This document shows, piece by piece, positions 23,199-34,771 of a stretch of 64,000 nucleotides of DNA. Both the position numbers and the translations under genes were made by a program. Source of the DNA: Nemertoderma westbladi (taxonomy: Eukaryota; Animalia; Xenacoelomorpha); assembly GCA_032718475.1 (NCBI GenBank), contig JAUCBJ010003098.1, positions 4,988 to 68,987 on the forward strand, read 5' to 3'. The notes under the pieces were generated by a model. It ran no database searches. It had not been told where the DNA came from and saw nothing but the letters and a program-made list of their open reading frames with translations. Positions within the stretch are counted from its first letter, which is position 1, and each line of letters starts with the position of its first letter.

Positions 23199-25325
23199 CT
23201 ATTCCTTTGCTGAGCGCGCTCGTCCACGTCCTCTATTGCGATTGGGTGGTGGTCGAGGTCGAACTGGGCTCGGACTTCGGCGTCGAGTTGTCGGTGGTTC
23301 CAAAACGCTAGGAAAGGAGACGACGGGAGTTTCGCACATCTGTCGTGCGCTCAATCCTCTAAATCCTCGTCCGATTCCAACTGTCGGCTTAACATCGGAT
23401 CGAGTCTCCACAACGCTAGGAGGAAGTCGAAAGGGTGGGACTGTTCCGTCCGCTGACACCTCGCTCTCTGACGTCGTTTGAATCCTAATGGGTTCCGGCA
23501 AAGCGTATCCTGTCCCTCCGCGTGGTTCTCTAGCAAGGGAAACCGTGCTCCGAGTCATCCGGATTTGCGACTTCGATGTCGTCCTCTCGGCGACATTTAC
23601 TATCTTCTTTATCTCTTGTCCGGCCTTCTGGGCTTTGAGTATACGAAATTGCTGATCATCCTGTGGGTGACGCGTCTTCTCTGCTAACGACGTGGCCTTG
23701 AAGCCAGTCTCACGCAAAATGTCGGTCTCGTCCAGAATACACGAGGTTACACGTTTGTGATAAAATGCGCTCCGGTATGCCCAAGCTATCGAATGCCAGG
23801 CTCCTCGATTCCGCTGTTCAACTCGCAGTTTATCGAATTCTCCGGCGGTAATCTTGTTCACCACAGTTTGAAAGTTCCAAGTATTCTTGTTGTCGGGGTG
23901 CACCTGTAAGAAATAGTCCCGCACAACTTTGAATCTACTGTCCAATGGCAATATATCCAACACCTCCAACAATTCATCATACTGAGGCATAGCCGATACA
24001 TATCCTTCCTTTGACATTATGAGAGGGTTTACGGCCCAAAATCCCAAATGTGCTCTCATAGGGAAACGGCGTCGCTGCGTCGATACATGCTCGTCTGCTA
24101 GATCCTCCCAATGGTCGAATAACTGTCGAACGATTTTAACTGACATGTGCTCATAGGGGACGTCTCTAAGTTGACATTCGGATGCCCTATGGCCCTTAAT
24201 ATTACAATAAGTGCACTGCGCCACGAAACGCCAGCAAGTGTAGAAAGTGTGCGAACGTTGATCCCCGCACCAGTTGCATACTAAATCCAGTAGAGGTATG
24301 TGCTTCGCCCCGCATTTCTTTGCGTGGTGGCCAGTTGCCCCGCATCTGCCACAAATAGTGTTGGCAGGGTACCAAACTCGCTCATAGATGAGATCTCCGA
24401 TGGGGCGAGCGCTACCGTCCACGTGATAATTCTCATCATCCGGGTCAGTCGGTATGTTCGTCTCCGTAGGTTGTACACAAACCATGGCATCGCTTTTCTC
24501 CAACTCGCGTATCTCAGTTCACGTCTTCCTTGGAAGGTTCTCCTATATCTCTATGAGTTGCCGCAACGGTTCGTCTATTAGCGCCAACTCGGTCGGATCC
24601 ACATCGTCGTGATGGGCGGTAGGCTCACGAGCCTTCCAGGATCCTTCCGGGCGTTCGAATTCCGCGGGGCGTTCCCCGTCGTAGGGTACTAACGTTAACA
24701 TCGACGGTCTGTCGACTAGACTTCCCGCGTGAGTGAGATAGACGTCCCTGAAATAGCTAAGTCCCGCTCGCGTGAAAACTTCGCAGTGCGCATCGGTGTT
24801 ATAAAAGGGTTGGAGAAATCGTCGGAATACATCAGTATGCGTCCTTCCTCCATGGTAAAAGGTATGTCCTTCGCCGAGACATAACGGGTGTCGCTTTAGG
24901 GTTCTGGATACTACATCCGCGATGAAACAAACGTTAACCGAAGATTCTATCGCTAAATAGTATTGCAAGATTATTCGCGGAGGTGAAGTAATCGCCCAAT
25001 ACACGCAACCTCGCCACTTCAACTGTGACTCGAACTCGTTTACGCCGGGGGTATCTCTCTCTCCGTATACATCCGTGTATTTGCTCCTCTTACTCTCCTT
25101 GTAATCCCAACTGAACTTTTAGCGTGTTATACTCCCTAAAGTATCCTTGCTCGATAGCCCAAAGCAACAATGGTCTAGTATCCACGTATGGCGTAGGCAA
25201 TCGGTCCTCTTCCGTGGGCATTCCCACAAAGTCGCTAATAAGGTCATCCCGTACACCGGATCCGATCTTGACGATGCTCTTGTCCAACACAACGTCTCGC
25301 ACGGCCTTTGGTAACATCCTAGCTT
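23199..25325 (-). pseudogene. Frameshifted, 5'-truncated DEDDy-like exonuclease + triple CCHC zinc-knuckle gene (paralogue of 35484-37691)
   Basis: Fragments: 25090-25317 (LPKAVRDVVLDKSIVKIGSGVRDD), 24543-25022, and 23199-24503 (CGRCGATGHHAKKC, CNWCGDQRSHTFYTC, CTYCNIKGHRASEC). Confidence 0.7.
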
Positions 25326-25689
25326 CTATGCTACAAGCCAGATTGATTTATTATTAACTAGAGACTTTTTTTCAGTTTCACACTGACTTGTAAAGGTAAC
25401 TTTTTATCACAAAGCGTGATTATTATAAAGTATTTGCGTGTAAAGGTGACTTTATTGAGTAAATATTGGTGATAGTTTAATGTGAGCATGGGATTAGGTA
25501 TAAAACATTCGCATGTAAATGCGTGAGTTTACACCACCATAATAAAACATTAGCGTGTAAAACCTACTTTATCAATGAAAATTAAAAACGTATTATGCAC
25601 ATCTTGGTTTAGACTTGATTTTATTATAAAGAATTCAGTTGTAAAAGCAACTTTATTTATGATATTAGTTTCCAATGTAACTGTTATTT

Positions 25690-25765
25690 ATGATTGGTTG
25701 GTATAAGTAGAAACTTGAAATATATATATAAAGAGCTCAACTGATTCAATCGAGCTCATTCTGAA
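25690..25765 (+). promoter_or_regulatory. Putative Polinton core promoter
   Basis: ATTGG at 25693, TATATATATAAA at 25721-25732 and an Inr-like TCATTC at ~25756, upstream of the Zn-finger/polB block. Confidence 0.45.
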
Positions 25766-25892
25766 AATATTAAATTAATTAAAGTTTAGATATTATATTT
25801 TATTTATGTTGAGTAGCTTATGAATTTTTTTTGATTATATATATATAACAATATTCATATTAATTTTAAATTGTTTTTAGGATAATAAAGAG

Positions 25893-26171
25893 ATGGATAA
25901 ACAATTGAAATATCCATTTTGTCCTCTTCAAATTTCTAAACGAAATTATTTGCGCTACCTAAGGTCACATTTTGAAGGTTATTCTTGTTTTAAGTGTCAT
26001 GTTTTTACACCTACAGAAGAAATATGCAAACGACATGAATCAACTACGGGATGTAAAGAAATGAAGTTTTACGTGTATGAAAAAACTTGTCCTACTTGTA
26101 ATAAAGAGTATTTATATGATAATTATTTACGTCACGACTGTCACCAATGTTATTATCATGTTAGACCATGA
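25893..26171 (+). CDS. Small C2H2-type zinc-finger protein (Polinton)
   Basis: CFKCHVFTPTEEICKRHESTTGC and CPTCNKEYLYDNYLRHDC. The stop overlaps the next ATG (ATGA). Confidence 0.65.
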   Translation: MDKQLKYPFCPLQISKRNYLRYLRSHFEGYSCFKCHVFTPTEEICKRHESTTGCKEMKFYVYEKTCPTCNKEYLYDNYLRHDCHQCYYHVRP

Positions 26172-29100
26172 GCGAACCAAAACAATACTGTCGCATCTAG
26201 AAAAAGACTGAAATCTGGTCAAGGTCCATCAATTTTTAGCATCGAACGAGCCGCACACGATAACCGTTTAGAAATCTATGTTTACAATCTTCCGAATGAT
26301 GAAGATTTTCCTGATATTCATTCATCGATAGTTCATATTCTACCTCACATCAAAACGTTATTATTAGGAAAACTTAGCGAAATGAATGTACTTAGACCCT
26401 GGCTAGGTGTGAATATACTCATGTATCGATCACATTTTTCAGAGGGAGATCAAGAAGAAGCTTTCTATTTTAGTTCTTCAGGTGGTGCAGTTAATACCAT
26501 AGATTCACATGAAAGTTTTGACACATGGTTTGAGTATGTACTAGAAAAATTAATGCAAAAAATAGCCATGTTTAACACTCGTGGCTCAGGGTGGCGCGTT
26601 AAATCTTTATTAAGAGTGGAAATTAAAGTAGCTGAATCCAAGTGTAGGTCACTGGATTATAAAGGTCACGGTTATATGGAGTTACCTAAGACTCTATCAG
26701 TTAAAAAATGTGTTATAAATATACAAACGGCTGATAATGACTGTTTCAAATGGGCAATTATAGCCACAAAATTTAGTAGCAAAGTGAAAAACAACAAAAA
26801 CCGTACTTCATCGTACAAAAATTATATGAGTCATTTTATTTTTGACAACGGGAACAAAGATTATCCAACAGAATGGCTGCTTGCAATTAAACTTTTTGAA
26901 AAACAGAATTCAGCATATATAATTAATTTATTACTCTACGATAACAATCGAGGATCTATATTAAGACAGGCTCCATTTAGTAAAATCACTCCAAATAAAG
27001 AGTTATTGAATATATTACTTGTAAAAAATAAGAATACGAGTAAACAATCACATTATGTTTGCATAACTAACTTGAATCGTTTGTTGAATACAACAGGTAA
27101 GCATATTAGATGTAGGAAATTTTGTGAACGGTGTTTGTCTCATTTCTACAGCAAGGATGTTCTAGAACGTCACCATCTTGCTTGTTATCGAGGAAAAAGA
27201 CAAGTTGAGAAGCTACCGTCTGAAAAAAGAACTCACATTAGCTTTAGAAATTTAGACAGAACATTACCAGCATTGTTTGTAATATATTTTGACATAGAAT
27301 CTATTTTGGAGCCAGCCACCAACAGTAAATTTATTCAGAATCATATTCCATGCGCTGTAAGTTATTTAATTGTTCCTAGTAGTGAATTAATCAATCCACC
27401 CAAATTTTATTTGAAGACCTTTACAAAAACAATCGACAACAACTGTATTCAAGACTTTTTAGACTCTGTATATAATGACATCACCCAATTATATAAGTGG
27501 GCAGAAACCCATACGCGAGAGAAGATTATACTTAACGATGTAGATAAGTTAAGTTTTTGGAAAGCTAAAACTTGCTTTTATTGCAATGTTTTATTTAAGG
27601 ATAAGTCTGAGAAAAATAAACATCACTCACATATTACTGGTAACTATATAGCAGCCGCTTGTAACGCATGTAACCGCTCTTTATCGTTGAAACGACACAT
27701 GTATATACTCGCTGCACATAACTGCAATCTCTACGATTTGCATTTTCTTTTACAAGTTGGTTTTACCAACAATAGATATTCCGATTGGGATATAAAGGTA
27801 ATCCCTAAAAATTCTGAAAGGTATATTTCACTAAGCATGCATATACCGGTGAAAGACTCAAAAACAAAGATTGAGCTACGTGTCTTAGACACATCAATTT
27901 TTATCCTTTTCCCTAAGTACTTTAGTTGATTGTTCAACAAAGGATATAGACAGCGAGGATATAACATCAGTTCTACCAATTACTGAACAGCAAATGAAAT
28001 ATTTTTATCCAAATTTAAATAATGCAACAATTAAACGAAAAGGTATATTTCCCTACGAGTATCTGACAGATTTAAATAAATTCAATGATTCGAAATTACC
28101 ATCAATAGACAAATTTTATAGTAAATTAACACAAAATACCTGTACTCCCGAGGAATATAGTTTTGCCAACGCATCATGGAGTCAGTTTGAGTGTACAAAT
28201 CTCAAGGATTATCTTTTAGCATACTTAAAACTCGATGTTTGTCTCCTCGCTGATATATTTGAGAACTTTAGGAGAGTATGTAGACAAAACTACGAATTAG
28301 AAGTAGTTTATTATTGCAGTATCGCAGCTTTCACTTATGATTGCGCCCTGAAATACAATAAATGTAAGTTAGCATTAATAAAAGATTACCAAACATATAG
28401 AGATTTTGAAGCATCTATTAGAGGAGGGGTTTCATTCTGTCGAAAGCATTACATAGAATCAAATATACCAGATACTGATAATTATGATCCAAGCAAGGAA
28501 GAGTGTCATATTTTCAATATAGATTTTAATTCCTTGTATTCTGGTAATTTAAGTAAAAAGCTACCTGTTTCAGGGTTTGAACAAGTCAACGTTACATATT
28601 TAGAGAATGCTGCTCCAGAAGAACTAATAAACTATTTGACAAATCTTCATACTGAAGGTGATATTGGGTTTTTCTTAATTTGCGATTTGAAATATCCCAA
28701 AGATATTCATGATCGTACATTAGAACTACCCTTAGCTCCAGAACATTTAAGTATAAATGAGACAATGCTTTCACCATATATGAGGGAACAATATAATCAT
28801 GTATGTAAACAAAGATCTACTAATAGCAAGTATAAGATGTGTGCATCAAAACTTATGTTGACACAATTCGATAAGGAATTCTATCATGTAAATTTGAAAC
28901 TGTTAAAATTTTATATAAAACAAGGTTTAATTGTTACTAAGCTCCATAAATTGTATTCTTTCCATCAAGACTTTGTATTTAAACCCTATATAGATTTTAA
29001 TATTAATCAAAGGCGAGTAGCAAAGAGTTACATTGAAACAGCTGTTGCAAAGCTTCTGAATAATTCGTTATTTGGAAAAACGATAGAGAAAATACGAGAC

Positions 29101-29905
29101 CGTTGCAACTTTCGTATCGCTAATAGTAAAGAGAAATGCGACCTATTGGTCAAACGTATAAATCACGAAAATTTCATGATTTATAACGATTCCTTATCGG
29201 GACATTTATTAGTAAAAGACTCTGTAACACTAGATAAGCCGGTCTATGTAGGTAGTACTGTCTTGGACTTGGCTAAATTGGATATGTATCAGCTGTATTA
29301 CGATAAATTGCTACCTATTGAGAAAGAATTAAACTGTCGAATTGAAATTGTAGCATCAGATACGGACTCTTTAATAGGTTGTTACTATAATACATCGCAG
29401 AATAATTTTTTAAAAGCCTTAATTAAAAAATAATATTTTAGATACATCCAATTACCCCAAGGATCACCCTCTCTACAGCGATAAAAATAAATCCAGGCTC
29501 TATTACTGTAAAGATGAACTAGCCTCACGAGAGATTAAACAAGCGGTATTTTTAAGACCAAAATTATATTCAATTTTAGAATGGAATGATTCCAACATAC
29601 GACGGGTGAAAGGAATAACAAGAGCTGTTGTGGATAAAAATATTTGCCACGAAGATTATTTAAGAGCATATAAGGATAACTTAGAAATTTCCAAGGAAAC
29701 GCACCAATTTCAGAGTCAATTACACAAAGTGTATACTGTAGCACGAGATAAGTTTGCTCTCAGCGCATTTGACGATAAACTTTATTGGGTTGATAAAAAT
29801 CATTCGCTTCCCTGGGGTCACTATCAAACAAAGGTTGAAAAACCGATAAAGAAAAACAATATACCTATTTATCGGGAACCAAACAATGAACTATCAGATA
29901 GTTAA
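26168..29905 (+). pseudogene. polB: Protein-primed family B DNA polymerase (pPolB) with three frameshifts
   Basis: GSGW, DCFKWAI, ExoI YFDIES, HNH-like HHSHITGNYIAAACNACN, ExoII HNCNLYD, KGIFPYEY, YLKLDVCLLADIFENFR, DFNSLY, KLLNNSLFGK, SDTDS, LSAFDDK. Breaks near 26195, 27900 and 29430. Confidence 0.95.
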
Positions 29906-30431
29906 TAAGAATGTAAGTTGCCAGCAAGTGTCAGCGATTAATTTTAAAGAATTAAAAAATCAATTATCTGGTAAACACATACTCAAACCAAATCAGTTTA
30001 TATATAAGATATTTGGTGCCACATTATTAATATTTAAAAATGGTCGTATTACATTATTAGGTAGTAAGTATAATTTCCAAAAAGTAAAAAAGCATATATT
30101 TGATAAAACTAGTATTAATTTGATTTTAAAATCTGTTAATTTATGTACTTATATTTTTAGTATTAAGTCTGTAGTCTATAGGTTATTGATAAACAATACC
30201 GGGTTTTATGTTGTCTTTGATAATGTGCAACTTCAAGTTATATATGAACCTGAAATTTTTAATAATTGCAAAATAAGAATAAATAATACCGTAGTCATTT
30301 GCTGCTTTCATACCGGTAAATGTACTTTAATGTGTTCACCTAGCAAATTTCACATTTATTACCCTATATTTAGTAAACTTGTTAATTATTTATTAATGTT
30401 TGGTGTTGTGACTTTAGGTGTTGGTGATTAG
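29886..30431 (+). CDS. TATA-box-binding protein (TBP)-like protein encoded by the Polinton
   Basis: Two TBP-like repeats, ATLLIFKNGRITLLGSK and YEPEIFNNCKIRINNTVVICCFHTGKCTL (compare TBP TALIFSSGKMVCTGAK and YEPELFPGLIYR...LLIFVSGKVVL). At 181 aa it matches the TBP core size. Overlaps the end of polB. Confidence 0.75.
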   Translation: MNYQIVNKNVSCQQVSAINFKELKNQLSGKHILKPNQFIYKIFGATLLIFKNGRITLLGSKYNFQKVKKHIFDKTSINLILKSVNLCTYIFSIKSVVYRLLINNTGFYVVFDNVQLQVIYEPEIFNNCKIRINNTVVICCFHTGKCTLMCSPSKFHIYYPIFSKLVNYLLMFGVVTLGVGD

Positions 30432-30517
30432 AAGGTGAAAATTAAACATTATTATTTTTCAATCAATCTATCGGTAGTTAGGGAAAACTAACCTCGTTTG
30501 AATAAGTATGACTCTCA

Positions 30518-31470
30518 CAGGCTGACTGCGTGCCTAGCTGCGTGGCTGGCTGGCTGACTACATGACCCGCGAGGCTGACTGCGTGCCGCGATTCTGACTG
30601 CGTGCCGCGAGGCTGACTGCGTGCCGCGAGGCTGACTGCGTGACTAGCTGCGAGGGTGGCTGGGCAGCTGCGAGGTGGACCGCTTCCCAGCAGCGTGTCT
30701 GACTGCGCGCACATCCGATTGTAACTGGCTCACGATATTGTATACAATGGTTTAGTTTGTTACTGCGGGTACTGTTACATTAATACTGTGGTACCAGTAC
30801 TGCGGTACAATGCTAATAAAAGGAAATCAACATGCTGTATCTGACTATACTGTTACAACAACAACAACGACAGTACTGCAGTACTGTATTGTTTGGGTAG
30901 GTGATCTAATCCCTGTATGTGAGAGCCACGCGTGCCTTCTAGGTTATGACAGCAGTATGCTAATCAAGGTTCGGGTAGACAGCAGTATCCTTATAGGTGA
31001 AAAAAAACAAATGCTATTGCATCAGATTACAGCTGTACTGATAAAGTTGATGACAGTTGTGGATAGGAGCTGCGAGGTTGACCGCATCCCCCGCAGTGTG
31101 GCTGACTGCGTACACATCTGATTGTAACTGGCTCACGATATTGTATACATTGGCCTAGTTTGTTACTACGGGTACTGTTACATTAATACTGTAGTACTGG
31201 TACTGCAGTACAATGCTAATAAAAGGAAATCAGTATGCTGTATCTAACTATGCTGTTACAACAACAACGACAGTACTGCAGTACTGTATTGTTTGGGTAG
31301 GTGATCTAATCCCTATATGTGAGACCCCTGCGTGTAATCCGGATCATGACAGCAGTATGCTATTGCTTCAGATTACTGCTGTACTGATACCAGTAGACTG
31401 TGACTACAGTGTTGGAAGAGTAAAACACTACCGGTACTGATAAAGCGGATGACAGTTGTGGTTAGGCCTA
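30518..31470. repeat. Non-coding repeat block between convergent Polinton genes
   Basis: ~19-bp ggctgactgcgtgccgcga repeats at 30520-30660 and an imperfect ~400-bp duplication starting at ~30666 and ~31068. Confidence 0.8.
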
Positions 31471-31830
31471 TAATAAATTATTGAATTTATCAGTACCGGT
31501 ACCAACAGGTTAACACTACATCCTATACAGTTTATGTTGCATTTCTGACTAATATTACTAGTCAACTACTGTATGTGTTATTAGTTTGCGATGTATAGGA
31601 TGTTTCGCAATACCAGTACATCTATATTAGAATGATATCGAGAATACTTACTGTACATGTTACGTCTACGTCATATTGTTAAATGTGTATGGTTAACCTA
31701 GCGCAATTGACTCTTTTTAGAGAACTTGTTGTAAAAAAATTATATTTTATTATATTTTTATATTAACATCAAGATCATCACCAAAATAAAATTATATTAT
31801 ATCCCATCACATTACATGCTTAGAGTAAAC

Positions 31831-32428
31831 CTACAGTACATCTTTCACCGCAGTTATTTCTTTCTGTTTATCATCATCATCAGTCGCAGTTAAACGCTTT
31901 CTCATGAAAAAGTGTAGCATCTCATACCCCCCAACGCGTTTTGCTGAGCAGTATCGCAGACAGTTATCTCTTATGTTTAAGTGGAACGCACATTTATTTT
32001 CTACTGTAGTAAATCGGTCGTGAAACCGACAAGGGGTTAAATAATCGTGATATTGCTTATATATTCCCAATTTCTCCACCGAATTTCGCGCGAGAACATC
32101 GAGTTGGGAAACTAATATTGCCTGCTTCAGCAACCCAAATACATGAATATTTTTTTTATATTTTAAATGTCTCTTCATATATTTTTTAAAGTCATCTTGA
32201 GAAATGTCACCGTAGTCCCATGGCAAATGAGAAGTCATATCCCGTAAATTGTTTACGTGAGCTACATCTAAAGCTGATAACTTAATATTAGGTGGGCCTT
32301 TAATTAAAAACGTCTTTACATTAGTTTTGGTGTAATTAGAATCGAATATCAAATTCTTTAAATACTACCGGATACTCTTTATTGTCTATCTTATAATATT
32401 GAAAATCAACAAAAATAATATTATCCAT
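31831..32428 (-). pseudogene. Polinton small DEDD-like nuclease-fold protein, frameshifted near 32350
   Basis: MDNIIFVDFQ...VFKE (from 32428) continues in another frame as IFDSN...LPWDYGD...CRFH...CAFH..CS. Confidence 0.5.
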
Positions 32429-32459
32429 TTTATCTGATAAACAAAAGTTAAATGATTAA

Positions 32460-32912
32460 TTACAACACATGTTGGTTTATTTTATAATAATTAACAAGCC
32501 ATTTATATAATATTATTTCATTTATTTCCACATTATTTGTAAACGCTCTCATTGGATAGATTGTGTGAATACGATTTACGAAATAATAAAGACAGTACAG
32601 ACCGCATGTGGTCCGCCTAGGGTCTTGAAATTGTTTGCGAGTAGTACGCCACCTTGCGGAATTTTTCTCAAGCCATTTTTCGATGCATCTGTTTGGATAT
32701 TTTGGTCCAAACGAGTCAAATACTTCGGCCTCATTATCTCGTATATATATTGCGATCCAATGAATCCCAGGAAGATGCTCTTTATCGGTATTTACTATCA
32801 ACCCATAATCTTTCCGCTTATTATTATCTAATTTAGGTAATTTGTTAGCTGGAAACGCTCCCAAATAGTGACAACCCACTGGAAACATATCAAGGTCCTC
32901 TGTAGATAACAT
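32460..32912 (-). CDS. Adenovirus-like cysteine protease (adenain) of the Polinton
   Basis: IVNTD...GIHWIAI (His), FDSFG (Asp), Q...TCGLYC (Cys). Confidence 0.92.
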   Translation of the reverse strand: MLSTEDLDMFPVGCHYLGAFPANKLPKLDNNKRKDYGLIVNTDKEHLPGIHWIAIYIRDNEAEVFDSFGPKYPNRCIEKWLEKNSARWRTTRKQFQDPRRTTCGLYCLYYFVNRIHTIYPMRAFTNNVEINEIILYKWLVNYYKINQHVL

Positions 32913-32914
32913 AC

Positions 32915-34174
32915 TTAATCGATATGTATTTCTTTCCTGCTATTTAAACTTAATGATTGATCATAAATATTAAAAAGGATTACATTTATGGTTTCAACCA
33001 ACGGTTCGGCAAATCTTAATTTTAATTGGCCGTTAGTATATATCGACGGTTGCGGATCTCTAACATAGCCGTCGGCGGTTAGGTCCCAGGATAGGAGGGG
33101 ACAATTACCTAAGTAGGTTTCATGGTCTATATTATTACCCCCATAACCGTTAATATATGTATTAATGTTTTTCATTAATTGAGTATACTCAAAAATGTAT
33201 GTTCCATCTGTAAAATTAGGCTCGTATATTACACCCCCTACTGGAAGACCGTCTACAATCAGTTCCGCGCGTCTAAGGTTAAAATGTTCAAATTTCAAGG
33301 GATTGCTAATTAATTCTCCCGAATAAACGTTATTTGTTATGAAGCCGATAATAACTAATTTGGGTTTTTTACCATCAAATATGTTTGTTTGGGTGTAATT
33401 TGTGGTTTGAGCGGGAATAGTAAATGTTGTAACCTCCTTTTTTTGAAATTGATATTCAATATCGTAACTCTCTAAACCTTTTAGGTGACTGCTTTCTATT
33501 ACCGGATTAACCTCCATTCTAGGGATTAGGATCTTTATTTCATCTAATTCTAGCCGAAGATTTGTCACCGCGTTTGCGTTTGGAGTGATTTTAAAAATAA
33601 ACGAATTTGATACTTTTCTAAAATGCATTCTTAAATCATACCCGGGTTGTATTATTTTGCTTTCAGTATCAAAATCAATCGTCAATCCACTTACAAATTG
33701 CATTTGTTTACTAAAGGCATCACCAATAGGATGCGCGCCGGGATCAATTTCATTTCCGTGCTCAGATAAAGGTTGATGAAAGCCACCCGCACCCAGTAGC
33801 CCATTTTTATCCTCGTAAGTTGTAAATAATAAATTGGATAAGTACGACTTGTAGAAATAATGGTTATTGCTATTTTCAACCTGCTTCTCATTAAGGTCTA
33901 TTTTAATATCACTCCACATAGTTTCAGCGGGGTAATTCAGCATATATATATGGGAGTTTTCAAGTCGTCTATCCAATCGTACAGTACATTTTGTAATTAA
34001 TAACGCATCTTGCAGTTTCGTATAGAATTCATTGGATCTCGGTACAAGGAACGTGACTTCCCTAGACTCACTTCTGAGATTAGATACAGGGTAAATTGTT
34101 TCATAATGCTTTGCTTTAAATTCAGTCTGTATTGGCTGTGTAGAAAATAAATCTAATTCCTTAATAATTGACAT
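32915..34174 (-). CDS. Polinton major capsid protein (double jelly-roll)
   Basis: 419 aa with N-terminal ELDLF..PIQT, YFYKSYLSNLL, NPLKFEHFNL, WDLTAD and LKLRFAEPL. Lies next to the protease as in Mavericks. Confidence 0.88.
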   Translation of the reverse strand: MSIIKELDLFSTQPIQTEFKAKHYETIYPVSNLRSESREVTFLVPRSNEFYTKLQDALLITKCTVRLDRRLENSHIYMLNYPAETMWSDIKIDLNEKQVENSNNHYFYKSYLSNLLFTTYEDKNGLLGAGGFHQPLSEHGNEIDPGAHPIGDAFSKQMQFVSGLTIDFDTESKIIQPGYDLRMHFRKVSNSFIFKITPNANAVTNLRLELDEIKILIPRMEVNPVIESSHLKGLESYDIEYQFQKKEVTTFTIPAQTTNYTQTNIFDGKKPKLVIIGFITNNVYSGELISNPLKFEHFNLRRAELIVDGLPVGGVIYEPNFTDGTYIFEYTQLMKNINTYINGYGGNNIDHETYLGNCPLLSWDLTADGYVRDPQPSIYTNGQLKLRFAEPLVETINVILFNIYDQSLSLNSRKEIHID

Positions 34175-34234
34175 TATTAAAAAATACTTTTTTCGCAGTG
34201 TTTTAGTTTGCCTTTTATTTTTCTATTTTTATTA

Positions 34235-34771
34235 TGTGACGGGATCCAAGAGGGATCCCGGTTTATCCGGTTTTAGTTCACGCGTCCCCGCCGTGTATAA
34301 AGAGTGAATAAGTTCGTGCTGTTTGTCGTGTATAATATGATATGCAGGTATAGATATAGATATAGATATATTGTCGTATACGGAAGGTGGGATACGGTAA
34401 CTAAAGTCCCGGTCCTTCTCTAGCTAAACTATTGTAACCTAATCTAGCACCGGTATTGCACTGAGATAACTGAATTGGTATTATTACTGCCAAGTGGCTA
34501 TATTGCACGGTTGGCCTTGTTACTCTACCTAATCGATGCCTTTCCCCCCTCTGATTGGTTGATACCCTTGTTGGCGCCCTTTGGAGTGTTCCCGTTCACT
34601 CCACCTATTCTCTCTGGGTTAGGGGTTTGGCCCCTGACCCTCATTGTGTGCTTCTCCTTCCCATTCTCATTGGGATGGCACGAGTTGGTTAATTACCCAA
34701 TCTCGTGGCTCCCAATATTGCTTATCGGCTTATAACTTTATGGGGTGTTAGCGGGATTGAATAAGCTAACA
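34235..34771 (-). repeat. LTR of family A (3' LTR on the minus strand)
   Basis: TG...CA, 537 bp, preceded on the minus strand by the PPT gggggggag. Homologous to 44943-45492. Confidence 0.88.

Larger units (their letters stand above)
25340..34234. mobile_element. Truncated, decaying Polinton/Maverick (adintovirus-like)
   Basis: AT-rich, tightly packed or overlapping genes: pPolB, adenain protease and DJR capsid. Integrase, ATPase, minor capsid and TIRs are not seen. Cut at 34235 by an LTR. Confidence 0.92.

Noticed and set aside
23199-24503. Ordinary retroviral Gag because of the CCHC knuckles
   Set aside because: No capsid-like region or downstream pol. It is preceded by an exonuclease-like segment and matches the 735-aa cargo ORF.
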